From Nannocystis bainbridge (GTDB lineage: Bacteria; Myxococcota_A; Polyangia; Nannocystales; Nannocystaceae), in the NCBI RefSeq assembly GCF_028368995.1, contig NZ_JAQNDL010000003.1, positions 2,336,001 through 2,400,000 of the forward strand: a DNA stretch of 64,000 bases, read 5' to 3'. Under the pieces are notes generated by a model. The model saw only the letters and a program-made list of their open reading frames with translations. It ran no database searches and had not been told where the DNA came from. Of this stretch, positions 29,445-42,654 are shown one piece after another (the stretch's first letter is position 1; each line of letters opens with the position of its first letter). The position numbers were made by a program, and so were the translations under genes.

Positions 29445-30538
29445 TGCGCGTCGACGCCTTCAAGCTGCCCACCGACGGCCCCGCCGACGTGCGCGGGCTG
29501 CAGGCCCTGCTCGACGACGGGGTCGTGCGCGCCGACCGGCTGGTGTGCGTGCTCGGCAAGACCGAGGGCAACGGCGGCCGCAACGACTTCACCCGCGACC
29601 TCGCCATGCGCGCGCTCGAGGACCTGCTGGCCCCGCGCCTCGGCCTGCCGCCGGCGCGCGTGCAGGACCGCGTGGTGTTCTCGCTGTCGGGCGGGACCGA
29701 GGGGCTCGTCTCGCCGCACGTGGTGGTGTTCGCCCGCTCCGGCACCTGGTCCAAAGAACCTGGCCCGAAGCGCATGGTCGTCGGGACAGCTCACACGCGG
29801 CCGTTCACGCCGGCGGAGATCGGGCGCACGCCGCAGATCGAGGAGACCGCGCGCGCGGTGGCCGAGCTGGCGAGCGAGCTGCGCCTGGCGCCGGCCGACG
29901 TCCACCTCGTGCAGATGAAGGGCGCGATCCCGAAGGCCGACCACGAGGCCACGCTGGCCGCCCGCCGCGCCGGCGCCCCGCTGCGCAACGACATGGTCCA
30001 CTCGCGGGCCGCCAGCGCCCTCGGCGTGGCCCTCGCCCTCGGCGAGGTCACCCGCGCCGACCTCTCCGACGACGTCGTCTGCGACGACTGGTCGCTCTAC
30101 TCCGGCGTCGCCTCGTGCTCGGCCAAGCCCGGCCTACAGCGCACCGAGATCCTCATGTTCGGCAACAGCGACCGCGCGAGCGGCGACCTGGTCGTCGGTC
30201 ACACTGTCCTCAAGGACATCCTCGACGTCGACGCCGTGCGCGCCCTGCTCGCCGAGCTCGGCCTGCCCGTGGCCGGCGGCCAGCTAACCCCCGAGCAGCG
30301 CGCCCGCGTCGTCGGCGTGTTCGCCAAGAGCGAGGCCGACCCCCGCGGATCGATCCGCGGCCGCCGCCACACCATGCTGTCCGACGACGACATCGACGAC
30401 ACCCGCCACTCCCGCGCCGCCCTCGCAGCCGTGCTCGCCAGCGTCGTCGGCGACCCCTGCATCTACGTCAGCACCCGCGCCGAACACCACGGCCCCCTCG
30501 GCGGCGGCCCGCTGGCGATCATCGCCCGCGCCCCGTGA
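29444..30538 (+). CDS. Ring-opening amidohydrolase, AtzD/barbiturase family
   Basis: GKTEGNGGRNDFTR, SGGTEG..SPH, VHLVQMK, SRAASALGVALALGE, RHTMLSDDDI and AEHHGP.GGGP motifs; TGATG overlap with the upstream gene. Confidence 0.92.
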   Translation: MRVDAFKLPTDGPADVRGLQALLDDGVVRADRLVCVLGKTEGNGGRNDFTRDLAMRALEDLLAPRLGLPPARVQDRVVFSLSGGTEGLVSPHVVVFARSGTWSKEPGPKRMVVGTAHTRPFTPAEIGRTPQIEETARAVAELASELRLAPADVHLVQMKGAIPKADHEATLAARRAGAPLRNDMVHSRAASALGVALALGEVTRADLSDDVVCDDWSLYSGVASCSAKPGLQRTEILMFGNSDRASGDLVVGHTVLKDILDVDAVRALLAELGLPVAGGQLTPEQRARVVGVFAKSEADPRGSIRGRRHTMLSDDDIDDTRHSRAALAAVLASVVGDPCIYVSTRAEHHGPLGGGPLAIIARAP

Positions 30539-30592
30539 GCTCGGCGCGCCGACTCACCCGCGCCGCGGAAGCGCCGGACCGGCGGCGACGGC

Positions 30593-30674
30593 AGTCCTCA
30601 GGGACATGCCCGACAGAACATGCCCGACAGGACATGACCGATCGAGCATGCCCGATCGGTCATGTCCTTCGCGC
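30593..30674. repeat. 14-bp periodic CATG-N10 array
   Basis: CATG at 30605, 30619, 30633, 30647 and 30661, between convergent genes. Confidence 0.9.
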
Positions 30675-30676
30675 CA

Positions 30677-31645
30677 TCAGTCGGCCACGTACGTGACCCA
30701 CTCGCCGTCGTCGACGTCCCGCCCCGCGCAGCTCGGCAGGCCACAGTCGGTGACGGTGCCGGCGACCCGCGGGCTGCCGAGGCACAGCGCCCCGTCCTCG
30801 TTCCACACCGCCTCGACGTCGCCGAGCTCGGCCGTCGACCCCGGCGCCACCGTGCCGCCAGCGTTGGCCCAGTGGACCTCGGTGCCGTTCTGCGTGTAGC
30901 TCACGCCTTCGCCGCAGTAGTCCGCGGTGACCATCTTGAGCGTCGCCTGGCGCTGCGCCGGCGTGGTCGCGCTCGACTGCGGCCCGTAGCCGAGCAGGCG
31001 CATCTTGGCGGCGGCCGAGCCGGCGCAGGCGATCGTCAGCCAGCGGTTGCGGTTCGGGGTCACCGTCTTGGCCGCGAGGTCGTAGGTCTCGCCGCCGAGC
31101 ACCGTCGCCGCGCTGGCGAGCGTGTCGAGCAGGTCGCCGCTACAGACGTTGCGGACCCCGAGCAGCGCCCCCAGGTCGGGGTACAGCAGCGCGTAGGTCG
31201 GCACCTTCGGCGCGCCCGCGGCCCACGAATCGACCTCCTGATAGCCGAGCACCGTGATCGGCACCGGCAACGACAGCAGCCCCGACGCCTGGACCAGGAT
31301 CGTCGCCCCGATCAACTGCGCCCCCTTCAGGGTCTGACCGCCCGGGTTGCGGGCGACCAGCGCGTCGTTCTCGACCTCGAGGCGATAATTGCCGAGCAGC
31401 CCCAGCGGCGCCAAAAAGCCGGTGATACGCAGGCCCTCGCTGTTGGCGACGCCGTCGAGGTTGAGCTCGCGGATCGCTCTGCCGTTGACGTCGGCCGAGT
31501 TGAAGCCGCAGCGCCAGACCGGGCACGCGTGGGGCCGCAGCGCGACTTCGTCGCCGCCGCCGACCTCCTCGACGCTCTCCCCGTCGCAGCCCGCCGTCAT
31601 CGCCGTGACGGCCGCGAAGATCCAGTGATATGTCTTTTGGTACAT
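30677..31645 (-). CDS. ADYC-domain lipoprotein (paralogue 3)
   Basis: TAGC lipobox; CPVWRCGFNS, ACAGSAAAKM, KMVTADYCG; start trimmed to MYQKTYHW. Confidence 0.85.
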   Translation of the reverse strand: MYQKTYHWIFAAVTAMTAGCDGESVEEVGGGDEVALRPHACPVWRCGFNSADVNGRAIRELNLDGVANSEGLRITGFLAPLGLLGNYRLEVENDALVARNPGGQTLKGAQLIGATILVQASGLLSLPVPITVLGYQEVDSWAAGAPKVPTYALLYPDLGALLGVRNVCSGDLLDTLASAATVLGGETYDLAAKTVTPNRNRWLTIACAGSAAAKMRLLGYGPQSSATTPAQRQATLKMVTADYCGEGVSYTQNGTEVHWANAGGTVAPGSTAELGDVEAVWNEDGALCLGSPRVAGTVTDCGLPSCAGRDVDDGEWVTYVAD

Positions 31646-31674
31646 GTTACTTCCACTCCCGAGTTCGTACTGCT

Positions 31675-34515
<2,841 letters not shown>

Positions 34516-34564
34516 CCTCGCATGGTTTGCCCACCTTCGCCTACCGCATTACCCTCGCGGGTCG

Positions 34565-37075
34565 ATGCCCCGGATCCACACCGCGCTCACCCAGGGCGGC
34601 GATGAACTCGTCGTCTTCCTCCACGCCGTCGGCGGCGACCACAGCTCGTGGAGGCCCCAGGTCGAGGCTCTGCGGGCGCGCTACAGCACGCTGACCTTCG
34701 ACATGCGCGGCCACGCCCGCAGCTTCAGCGCCGACCGGCCCGAGATCTCGATCCAGAACTTCGCCGACGACGCCATCGACCTGGTCGAAGAGGCAGGTTT
34801 TTACCGCGCTCACTTCGTCGGCCTCTCGATGGGCGGGGTCGTGGCCCAGGAGATCTTCTCGCGCGCGCCGGAGCGGGTCCAGTCGCTGACGCTGGCCGCC
34901 ACGTGGTGTTTTCACCCCGAGGCAGAGGCTCGGCGAACGTGGATGGAGGACAAGCTCGGCCGCATGTCGATGGCCGAGAGCGCCGCCATGGACATGCCGA
35001 ACCTCTACGCCGCCGACGCCCCGCGCGCCCTCATCGACGCCGCGATCGCGGTCGAGGGCGGCAAGGACAAAGAGGTGTTCTTGCAGTCATGGCACGCGAT
35101 GATGCAGGTCGACTACCGCGAGCTGCTGCCGCGCATCGACGTGCCGGTGCTGCTGCTCGGCGGCAGCGACGACCGCATCACCCCCGTCGATCCGCTGCTG
35201 CTCGACCTCTTCGCCCGCATCCCGATGGCCGAGCTGCGGGTGCTCGCCGGCGGCGGCCACTTCTGCAACCTCGACCGCGCCGAGGCCTTCAACGCCGCCC
35301 TCGCGCCGTTCCTCCGCCGCGCCCGCGCCCGCGCCCCGCAGGCGCTGGCCCTGCCGCCCGCGTCGCCGGCCCCGAGCAGCGCCACCACCGTCGCCGAGGC
35401 CCTGCTCGAGCAGTTGCACCGCCGCGACGTCCCGTGCCTGTTCAGCAACTCGGGCACCGACTTCACGCCGATCATCGAGGCGCTGGCCCGCCCCGGCGCC
35501 GCGGCCCCGCGCATCGTCGCCGCCGCCCACGAGAACACCGCGATCGCCATGGCCCATGGCTATCAATTGCTCTCGGGACATGTCCCGGCGGTCATGGCCC
35601 ACGTCAATGTCGGCACCGCCAATTCGGGCCTCGGCCTGATCAACGCCCGGCGCGCGCGCGTGCCGATGCTGGTGATGGCCGGCCTCACGCCCTACACCGA
35701 TTCGCCCGCGGTCCCCGGCCACCGCACCAACTTCGTGCAATGGGGCCAGGACAGCTTCGACCAGGCCGCCTACTTCCGCGAGTTCACCAAGTGGGACTAC
35801 CGGCTCGCCACCGCCGAGCACCTCGAGGTCGCGGTCGACCGCGCCCTGGCGATCGCCGACAGCGACCCCGCCGGCCCGGTCTACCTCACCCTGCCGAAGG
35901 AGGTCCTGTGCGCGCCGGCCAGCAGCGCCCCGGTGACCCCGCGCCCGCGGCTGCGCGCCAACCCGCCGGCCCGGCCCGACGCGGTCGCCCTGGCGCGGGT
36001 CGCCCACGCGCTGCGCACCGCCAAGCGGCCGCTGATCCTCACCGCCGAGCTCGGGCGCTACCGCGGCGGGCCCGAGGCGCTGTGGCAGCTGGCGACCCGC
36101 CACGGCATCGGCGTGGTCGAATTCGGCAAGCGCAACTTCTTCAACCTGGCGACCGACTGCCCGGTCCACCTCGGCTTCGACCCGACCTCGCAGGTCCCGC
36201 AGGCCGACCTGATCCTCGCGGTCGAGGACCCGGTGCCGTTCATCCCCGCGTTCGTCGCCTTGCCCCACGGACAGGTGCCGCCGATCGTGCAGATCGGGGT
36301 CGACCCGCTGTTCGCCGACCTGCCGCTGCGCGGGTTCCCCAGCGACCTGGCGCTGCCCGGCGATCCGGCCGAGAGCCTGCGCCTGCTCACCCGCCTGCTC
36401 GACGCCGACCCCGCGCCCGACGTCGCCGCCCGCCGCGAGGCGCTGCGCATCGAGCACGGGGTCGCGTTCGCCAACGCCCGCGTGGCCGCCGACATCGACG
36501 CCCACCGGTCCGCGATCACCAAGCGCTGGCTGTCGCGCTGCATCGGCCAGGCGATCGACGACGAGGTCGTGATTTTTAATGAGTACCCGCTCGACCCGGT
36601 GCTGGTCCCGCGCCGGCTGCCCGACAGCTGGTTCGAGAACTCGATCGCCAGCGGCCTCGGCTGGGCCCTCGGCGCGGCCCTCGGCGGCAAGATGGCCCGT
36701 CCCGACCGCACGATCGTGGCCACCGTCGGCGACGGCAGCTTCCTCTTCAACACCCCCCTGTCGGCCCTGCACGCCGCCGCCGCGCATCGCCTGCCGATCG
36801 TGGTCGTGGTGTTCAACGACTGCGCCTGGAGCACCATCCGCAAGTCGACCCGCGGCGATTTCCCCGGCGGCCACGCGCAGGCGACCGACAACTTCGCGCT
36901 GTGCGACCTCGGGGCCGACCCCGCGTACGACCAGATCGCCAGCGCCTGCGGCGGGATCGGGGTGCGCGTCGAAAAGCCCGACGCGGTCCCGGAGTCGGTG
37001 CGCCGCGCCATCGAGCAGGTCCGCAGCGGCGACCGCCTGGTCCTGCTCGACGTCCGCTGCGAACGCGACGCCTGA
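34565..37075 (+). CDS. Fusion: alpha/beta hydrolase + thiamine-diphosphate-dependent enzyme
   Basis: N-terminal FLH, DMRGHA, GLSMGG, GGH; C-terminal NSGTDF, HE..A..MAHGY, GPVYLTLP and VGDGSF...VFND ThDP motif; one uninterrupted frame. Confidence 0.88.
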   Translation: MPRIHTALTQGGDELVVFLHAVGGDHSSWRPQVEALRARYSTLTFDMRGHARSFSADRPEISIQNFADDAIDLVEEAGFYRAHFVGLSMGGVVAQEIFSRAPERVQSLTLAATWCFHPEAEARRTWMEDKLGRMSMAESAAMDMPNLYAADAPRALIDAAIAVEGGKDKEVFLQSWHAMMQVDYRELLPRIDVPVLLLGGSDDRITPVDPLLLDLFARIPMAELRVLAGGGHFCNLDRAEAFNAALAPFLRRARARAPQALALPPASPAPSSATTVAEALLEQLHRRDVPCLFSNSGTDFTPIIEALARPGAAAPRIVAAAHENTAIAMAHGYQLLSGHVPAVMAHVNVGTANSGLGLINARRARVPMLVMAGLTPYTDSPAVPGHRTNFVQWGQDSFDQAAYFREFTKWDYRLATAEHLEVAVDRALAIADSDPAGPVYLTLPKEVLCAPASSAPVTPRPRLRANPPARPDAVALARVAHALRTAKRPLILTAELGRYRGGPEALWQLATRHGIGVVEFGKRNFFNLATDCPVHLGFDPTSQVPQADLILAVEDPVPFIPAFVALPHGQVPPIVQIGVDPLFADLPLRGFPSDLALPGDPAESLRLLTRLLDADPAPDVAARREALRIEHGVAFANARVAADIDAHRSAITKRWLSRCIGQAIDDEVVIFNEYPLDPVLVPRRLPDSWFENSIASGLGWALGAALGGKMARPDRTIVATVGDGSFLFNTPLSALHAAAAHRLPIVVVVFNDCAWSTIRKSTRGDFPGGHAQATDNFALCDLGADPAYDQIASACGGIGVRVEKPDAVPESVRRAIEQVRSGDRLVLLDVRCERDA

Positions 37076-37366
37076 TTCTTGCCTCCACGACGAGCGGCCC
37101 GGACTGTCCTTCGGGACAGAACGCGCCGCGCCCGTGAGCAGGCCCGCTCCGTCCTGCTCGACGCCCCCGCGAACGCGACGCGTGATCTCCTAAAAGAAGC
37201 CTGAACCGTCTTCAGGGCGGAACGGGTTCACAGCGGCCCCGGGCGGTCCCACGGCCGCCGCACCGCCTCTGCAAGTCCGCTGCGAACACGACGCCTGAGT
37301 CTTGCTTCCACGACGAGCGGCCCGACTGTCCTTCGGGACAGGACGCGCCGCGCCCGCGAGCAGGCC
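37052..37366. repeat. Direct repeat (~93 bp) duplicating the 3' end of the hydrolase-ThDP gene and its downstream hairpin
   Basis: 37052-37144 and 37275-37366 are near-identical (gtccgctgcgaac.cgacgcctga.tcttgc.tccacgacgagcggccc...ctgtccttcgggacag.acgcgccgcgcccg.gagcaggcc). Confidence 0.9.
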
Positions 37367-37711
37367 GCCGGCCACGACGCTCCCGAACCGATCGCCCGAA
37401 CATCGGGAGCACAATTGGCGCGACCCCGCCAAATCGGCGAGGTCACGATTGCTTCGAGCCTGCAGCGGCGGGCAGCACCGCGAGCGCCATCACGGCCCCC
37501 GCACGCCCGACTCGGCAGCTATGTCGACTCCTTCGACCAGTGAAAGCCAGGGAAGGTCAATGTATGGCAATGTTCGGCGCCGGCCCTCGATACCGCGATC
37601 GATCATCCATCTCGCGCCACGCGTGCGCGGGAGGAACAGCCGGCTCTTCTTTACTCTCTTTTTAACAGGGGCTTTCTAAGCCAAGGGTGGGCGCGGATCT
37701 GCGCGCCCGGT

Positions 37712-37912
37712 TCAGCTGGCAGACACGACCGGCGCGGTCACGCGGCGCGGCCAGTCGATGCCGAGCTTGATGATGCGGCGCTTCATCGCGTGGCGCGTGA
37801 TCCCGAGCAGCTGGGCCGCCCCGACGATGTTGCCCGCGCGCTCGAGCGCGGTGGTGCAGAGGCGGCGCTCGGCGGCGCCCAGATTGAAGTCCTCAAGGAT
37901 GAGCTGTTGCAT
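37712..37912 (-). CDS. Stand-alone Fis-family HTH protein (66 aa)
   Basis: NLGAAERRLCTTALERAGNIVGAAQLLGITRHAMKRRIIKLGI matches the Fis/NtrC HTH_8 pattern. Confidence 0.8.
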   Translation of the reverse strand: MQQLILEDFNLGAAERRLCTTALERAGNIVGAAQLLGITRHAMKRRIIKLGIDWPRRVTAPVVSAS

Positions 37913-38755
37913 GCGAAGTCTTTTACGACACGAGCTTGTTCCAGCGCGGATCAACGCCGGTTGAATAAGCGCCGCGCACCGTCGTACGCCCGCCTGGTGC
38001 TGCTCCGCGCGCTTCTGCGCGCGCCTGCCCGCCGGCCTCGCCCCGCACCGGCGCCCACGGCCCATCGTCCGGGCATTGGGTGAGGTCGATGGATCGCCGC
38101 GTCCTCGCGAGTCGCGAAGATGCTCGATTCGATGCGCCGCCCCTCGCGGTGTCGCTGCGAACGATTGAGCCGTCATCGTCGCGCGGATTGGGATGGAGAC
38201 CGTGGCGGTCGCCGGTCCAATTCGCGCGAGGCCCTGGCGACCCGTCGAAACCGCGACGCCTGTCGCTGCGATTCGCGTCGTACACGGTAAGCGCGCCATA
38301 AGGTCTCGGCATTCGCCGACGGGTCCAAGCAGAGCGAGCTGTGCGCAGCGGCCTCGACCGCCCAGAGAGGGTTCAAAGAACGCCAACAAATCCGCGCCCG
38401 CCATTCCTCAACGGTCACGCTATTCGAAGATCGGGACTCGCCGACACCGATCTCATCCATAATATCGCGGCTGACTCGTCATGGCCGATTCGGCGTCTGC
38501 GATCGCCGAGAACAATGCACGAACGCCGTACTGTCCGCCTCCGACGGAATGCATCGCCGACGGCGATCGCGCGCATCTCTCGGACGGCGCATGAACCATC
38601 GTGCATGCGCTTGCGCGGGGTCCTTGCCTTATCGACGTTCACCATCGGATGACGCGAAAGCGAAAATCCGCCCACTCATTTTTAACTTCCATCGGTCAAC
38701 GCCCATGGTCTATAACCAAAACCTCTCGTCACAATCGGAATCGAAAGGGGCAGAC

Positions 38756-39859
<1,104 letters not shown>

Positions 39860-39880
39860 GCCCGGAGAGAGGGAGGCCGT

Positions 39881-40426
39881 ATGCTCGAAGCCGCTGTCGT
39901 GCTGGTGTTGTGCGCCTGGGGGATCGCCACGATCTTCTATCAGTTCAAGGCCACGTCCGACGCCGTCGCGCGCTGGAACTTCCTCTCGCTGATCCCGAAA
40001 TGGACGTTCTTCGCGCCCCGGCCGAAGACGACCGACTATCAGCTCCTCTATCAGGACCGCCGGCTCGGCGCCGATTCGATGGCCGAGCCGGTCGAGATCT
40101 CGCTGATGCCGAAGGGCCGGGTCGCGCCGGTGCTGCGGTTCCTGTGGAACCCGTGCAAGCGCAACACCAAGGCCATCAACGACATCACCGGCTTCATCAC
40201 CAACTACAAGGCGCGGCACCGGCGACGGATCGCCCGCAACGCGCTCGCGCTCGAGATGTACGTGCCGTACCTGGTGATGCTGAACTATGTGTCGTCGCGC
40301 GCGCGCGCGCCGACGGCGGATTGCCGGCGCCGGTTCATCGTCCGCAAATCGTTCGGCCACATCCGCCGCGATCCGCCGGTCCCGGTGCTCGAGTCGAACT
40401 TCCACCGCGTCGAGGCGCTGTCATGA
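39881..40426 (+). CDS. SdpA/DUF5819-like protein
   Basis: GGAGG RBS; N-terminal TM followed by IPKWTFFAPRP, a W-x-x-FAP motif typical of HTTM partner proteins. Confidence 0.6.
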   Translation: MLEAAVVLVLCAWGIATIFYQFKATSDAVARWNFLSLIPKWTFFAPRPKTTDYQLLYQDRRLGADSMAEPVEISLMPKGRVAPVLRFLWNPCKRNTKAINDITGFITNYKARHRRRIARNALALEMYVPYLVMLNYVSSRARAPTADCRRRFIVRKSFGHIRRDPPVPVLESNFHRVEALS

Positions 40427-41274
40427 GCGAATTCATGGAAGTGGCCACCGTCGCGCGGGTGAGCGGCCTCGTCGTCGGCGCCGGCATGGCGATCTCGACG
40501 CTCGAGTTCCTCGCCAACCTCCGCGAGTGCCGCAGCGACGGCCTGTTCTCGTGGGAGTTCTGGCGAGAGACGAAATGGCGGCGGCTGCCCGCGCTCAAGC
40601 GGCTCACGCACCCGCTGTTCGCCTACCCGGGCGTGCTGACGGTCCTGCTCGCGCGCCTCGGCCTGATCGCGCTGCTACTGGTCGAGCTGGCCCGCGGCGG
40701 CCCGCTCGACCCCGCGGTCCTGACGGCGCTGGTGGCGACCCAGCTCTACGTCAACTTCCGCTACCCGGTCGGCAAAGACGGCTCCGACCAGATGTCGACG
40801 ATCGTCCTGTTCATGCTGGCCGTCATCGCGTGGTTCCCGGACCGGCCGGTCATCACGGTCGCCTGCGTCGTCTTCATCGCCTTCCAGTCGCTGCTGTCGT
40901 ACCTCACCGCCGGCGTCGCCAAGCTGGTCTCGCCCGACTGGCGCTCGGGCGACATCATCCTCGGCGTCATCGCCACCGAGACCTACGGCAGCCGGTTCAT
41001 GGCCGGCCTGCTGCGCGACCACAAGCTGCTGCGCCGGACCATGAACCACTCGACGATCGTGTTCGAGTCGCTGATCGTGCTGGTGCTGGTGCTGCCGCCG
41101 CCGTGGAACGCCTACTTCCTCGTCATCCCGCTGATCTTCCACGCCGCGTGCGCGGCGATGATGGGGCTCAACATCTTCATCTTCGCGTTCGCGGCGACCT
41201 ACCCGGCGCTGCTGTTCGTGTCCAACCACCTGCACGAGATCGCGGCGATGCTCGGCCGCAGCGACTGCGGGTGA
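40423..41274 (+). CDS. HTTM-domain (SdpB-like) membrane protein
   Basis: DGSDQM, Q....Y..AGVAKL.SPDWRSG, IVFE and FH...A..MGL..F motifs; ATGA overlap with the upstream gene. Confidence 0.8.
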   Translation: MSEFMEVATVARVSGLVVGAGMAISTLEFLANLRECRSDGLFSWEFWRETKWRRLPALKRLTHPLFAYPGVLTVLLARLGLIALLLVELARGGPLDPAVLTALVATQLYVNFRYPVGKDGSDQMSTIVLFMLAVIAWFPDRPVITVACVVFIAFQSLLSYLTAGVAKLVSPDWRSGDIILGVIATETYGSRFMAGLLRDHKLLRRTMNHSTIVFESLIVLVLVLPPPWNAYFLVIPLIFHAACAAMMGLNIFIFAFAATYPALLFVSNHLHEIAAMLGRSDCG

Positions 41275-41291
41275 GCGCCAGGAGCTCCGCC

Positions 41292-42344
41292 ATGAGTGTA
41301 TCCATCGCCGGCAACTACTTCACAAGCTGGGCGTACGACACCAGCGCGAGCGCCTATCAGCTGGGCCCGATCGTCGTCGTCGGCGCGAGCGGCCAGGTCA
41401 CCGTCGACGGCGTCGTCATCCAGGGCGCGACGCTGATGGGCGTGCAAGTGGCGTGGTCCGCCGCCTCCGGCAACCCTTCGAGCGCGATGCTCGTGTTCGC
41501 GGCCTCGTCGACGTTCGGGGCGATGACCTTCGTCGGCCTTTACTGGCCCGCGGATACCAGCCAGCCGACCGAGCCCAACTTCTACGGCTTCGCCACCCAG
41601 CCCGCGGCCGCTCTCTCGACCTGGAACGACACGTACTATTGCTACGAGGGCACCACGAGCCAGGGCGAACAGTCGGACGGCCAGCTCGTCATCGCCGCGC
41701 CGACCGTCACCTTCGCAGGCAAGACCATCAACAACCCGATCTACACCGGGCTGAATACCAACGGCAGCGACACCAACGAGCTGGCGTGGTTCACCGCCGA
41801 CGGCAACGAGAACAACGTCGCCATCTCGTTCTCGCCGTCGTCGACCTCCGGCGTGATGCTGTTCAACGGCAACGTCTGGGGCGCCGGCGAGTCCCGCCCC
41901 GAGGGCGCGGCGTCGGCGGTGAACAACTTCTACGGCACGACGCAGTCCGAGGCCGACGCCGACGCCATCGATCAGGCGGCCCAGCTGGCCCAGGCGGCCG
42001 AGCACATGGCCGTCAACTACGCGGTGCAGCAGGCCCTCCACGACGCGCCCGCCGAGCAGGCGGCCGAAGAAGAGGCGCAGGAGGACCAGGCCGCCGACGA
42101 CCAGGCCGCCGACGAAGAGGCCGCCGACGACGCCGCCGACGACGCCGCCGACGACGACGCCGCGGACGCCGTCGCGGACGCCGTCGTCGACACGCTCGAG
42201 GACGTCGCGGAGGTGCTCATCGCCGCCCTGCTGGCCGTCGAGGAGACCCCCGACGCCGACAAACCGGTCCGCACGCCGCGACGCTCGAAGCAGGCGACCG
42301 GCCTGAGCGCGAAGCAGCTCCTGCGCATGGCGAACAAGGCGTGA
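41292..42344 (+). CDS. Hypothetical protein: duplicated beta-rich domain + acidic tail (paralogue B)
   Basis: AGGAG RBS; close paralogue of 38756 (SIAG.YFTSW.YD...SAYQLGPI, NPIYTGLN.NG.DTNELAWFT, NNFYGTTQSE). Confidence 0.8.
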   Translation: MSVSIAGNYFTSWAYDTSASAYQLGPIVVVGASGQVTVDGVVIQGATLMGVQVAWSAASGNPSSAMLVFAASSTFGAMTFVGLYWPADTSQPTEPNFYGFATQPAAALSTWNDTYYCYEGTTSQGEQSDGQLVIAAPTVTFAGKTINNPIYTGLNTNGSDTNELAWFTADGNENNVAISFSPSSTSGVMLFNGNVWGAGESRPEGAASAVNNFYGTTQSEADADAIDQAAQLAQAAEHMAVNYAVQQALHDAPAEQAAEEEAQEDQAADDQAADEEAADDAADDAADDDAADAVADAVVDTLEDVAEVLIAALLAVEETPDADKPVRTPRRSKQATGLSAKQLLRMANKA

Positions 42345-42654
42345 TTGCTTTTCACGAACGCCGCAACTCTAATAGTTGCAGTGCGGTGATTGGAGCGTGT
42401 GCACTTGTGCTTCGCGCTCGCCCACGATTGTCAGATCGCAGAAATGCCGACTGCAAGGCGACCTCCGACTCGCATCGATTCCCATGCGCAAAATGACTCG
42501 CCGCCCTCGGCAGGCACGGCATCGCGATCATTCATAGACGAGCATCGAGCCCCCAGCGACCGCCGGGCGCTCGGCATCTCGCTTCTGTTTCTAACCAGAG
42601 GAACCGAGGGACATGTACCTTCGTGCATGTCCTTCTTTTTTCTTAAAAAAAACG

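Noticed and set aside
30593-30674. CATG-N10 arrays as mini-CRISPRs or simple microsatellites
   Set aside because: The 14-bp unit is far too short for CRISPR and no cas genes are present; interiors vary too much for simple slippage. Reported as a separate motif instead.
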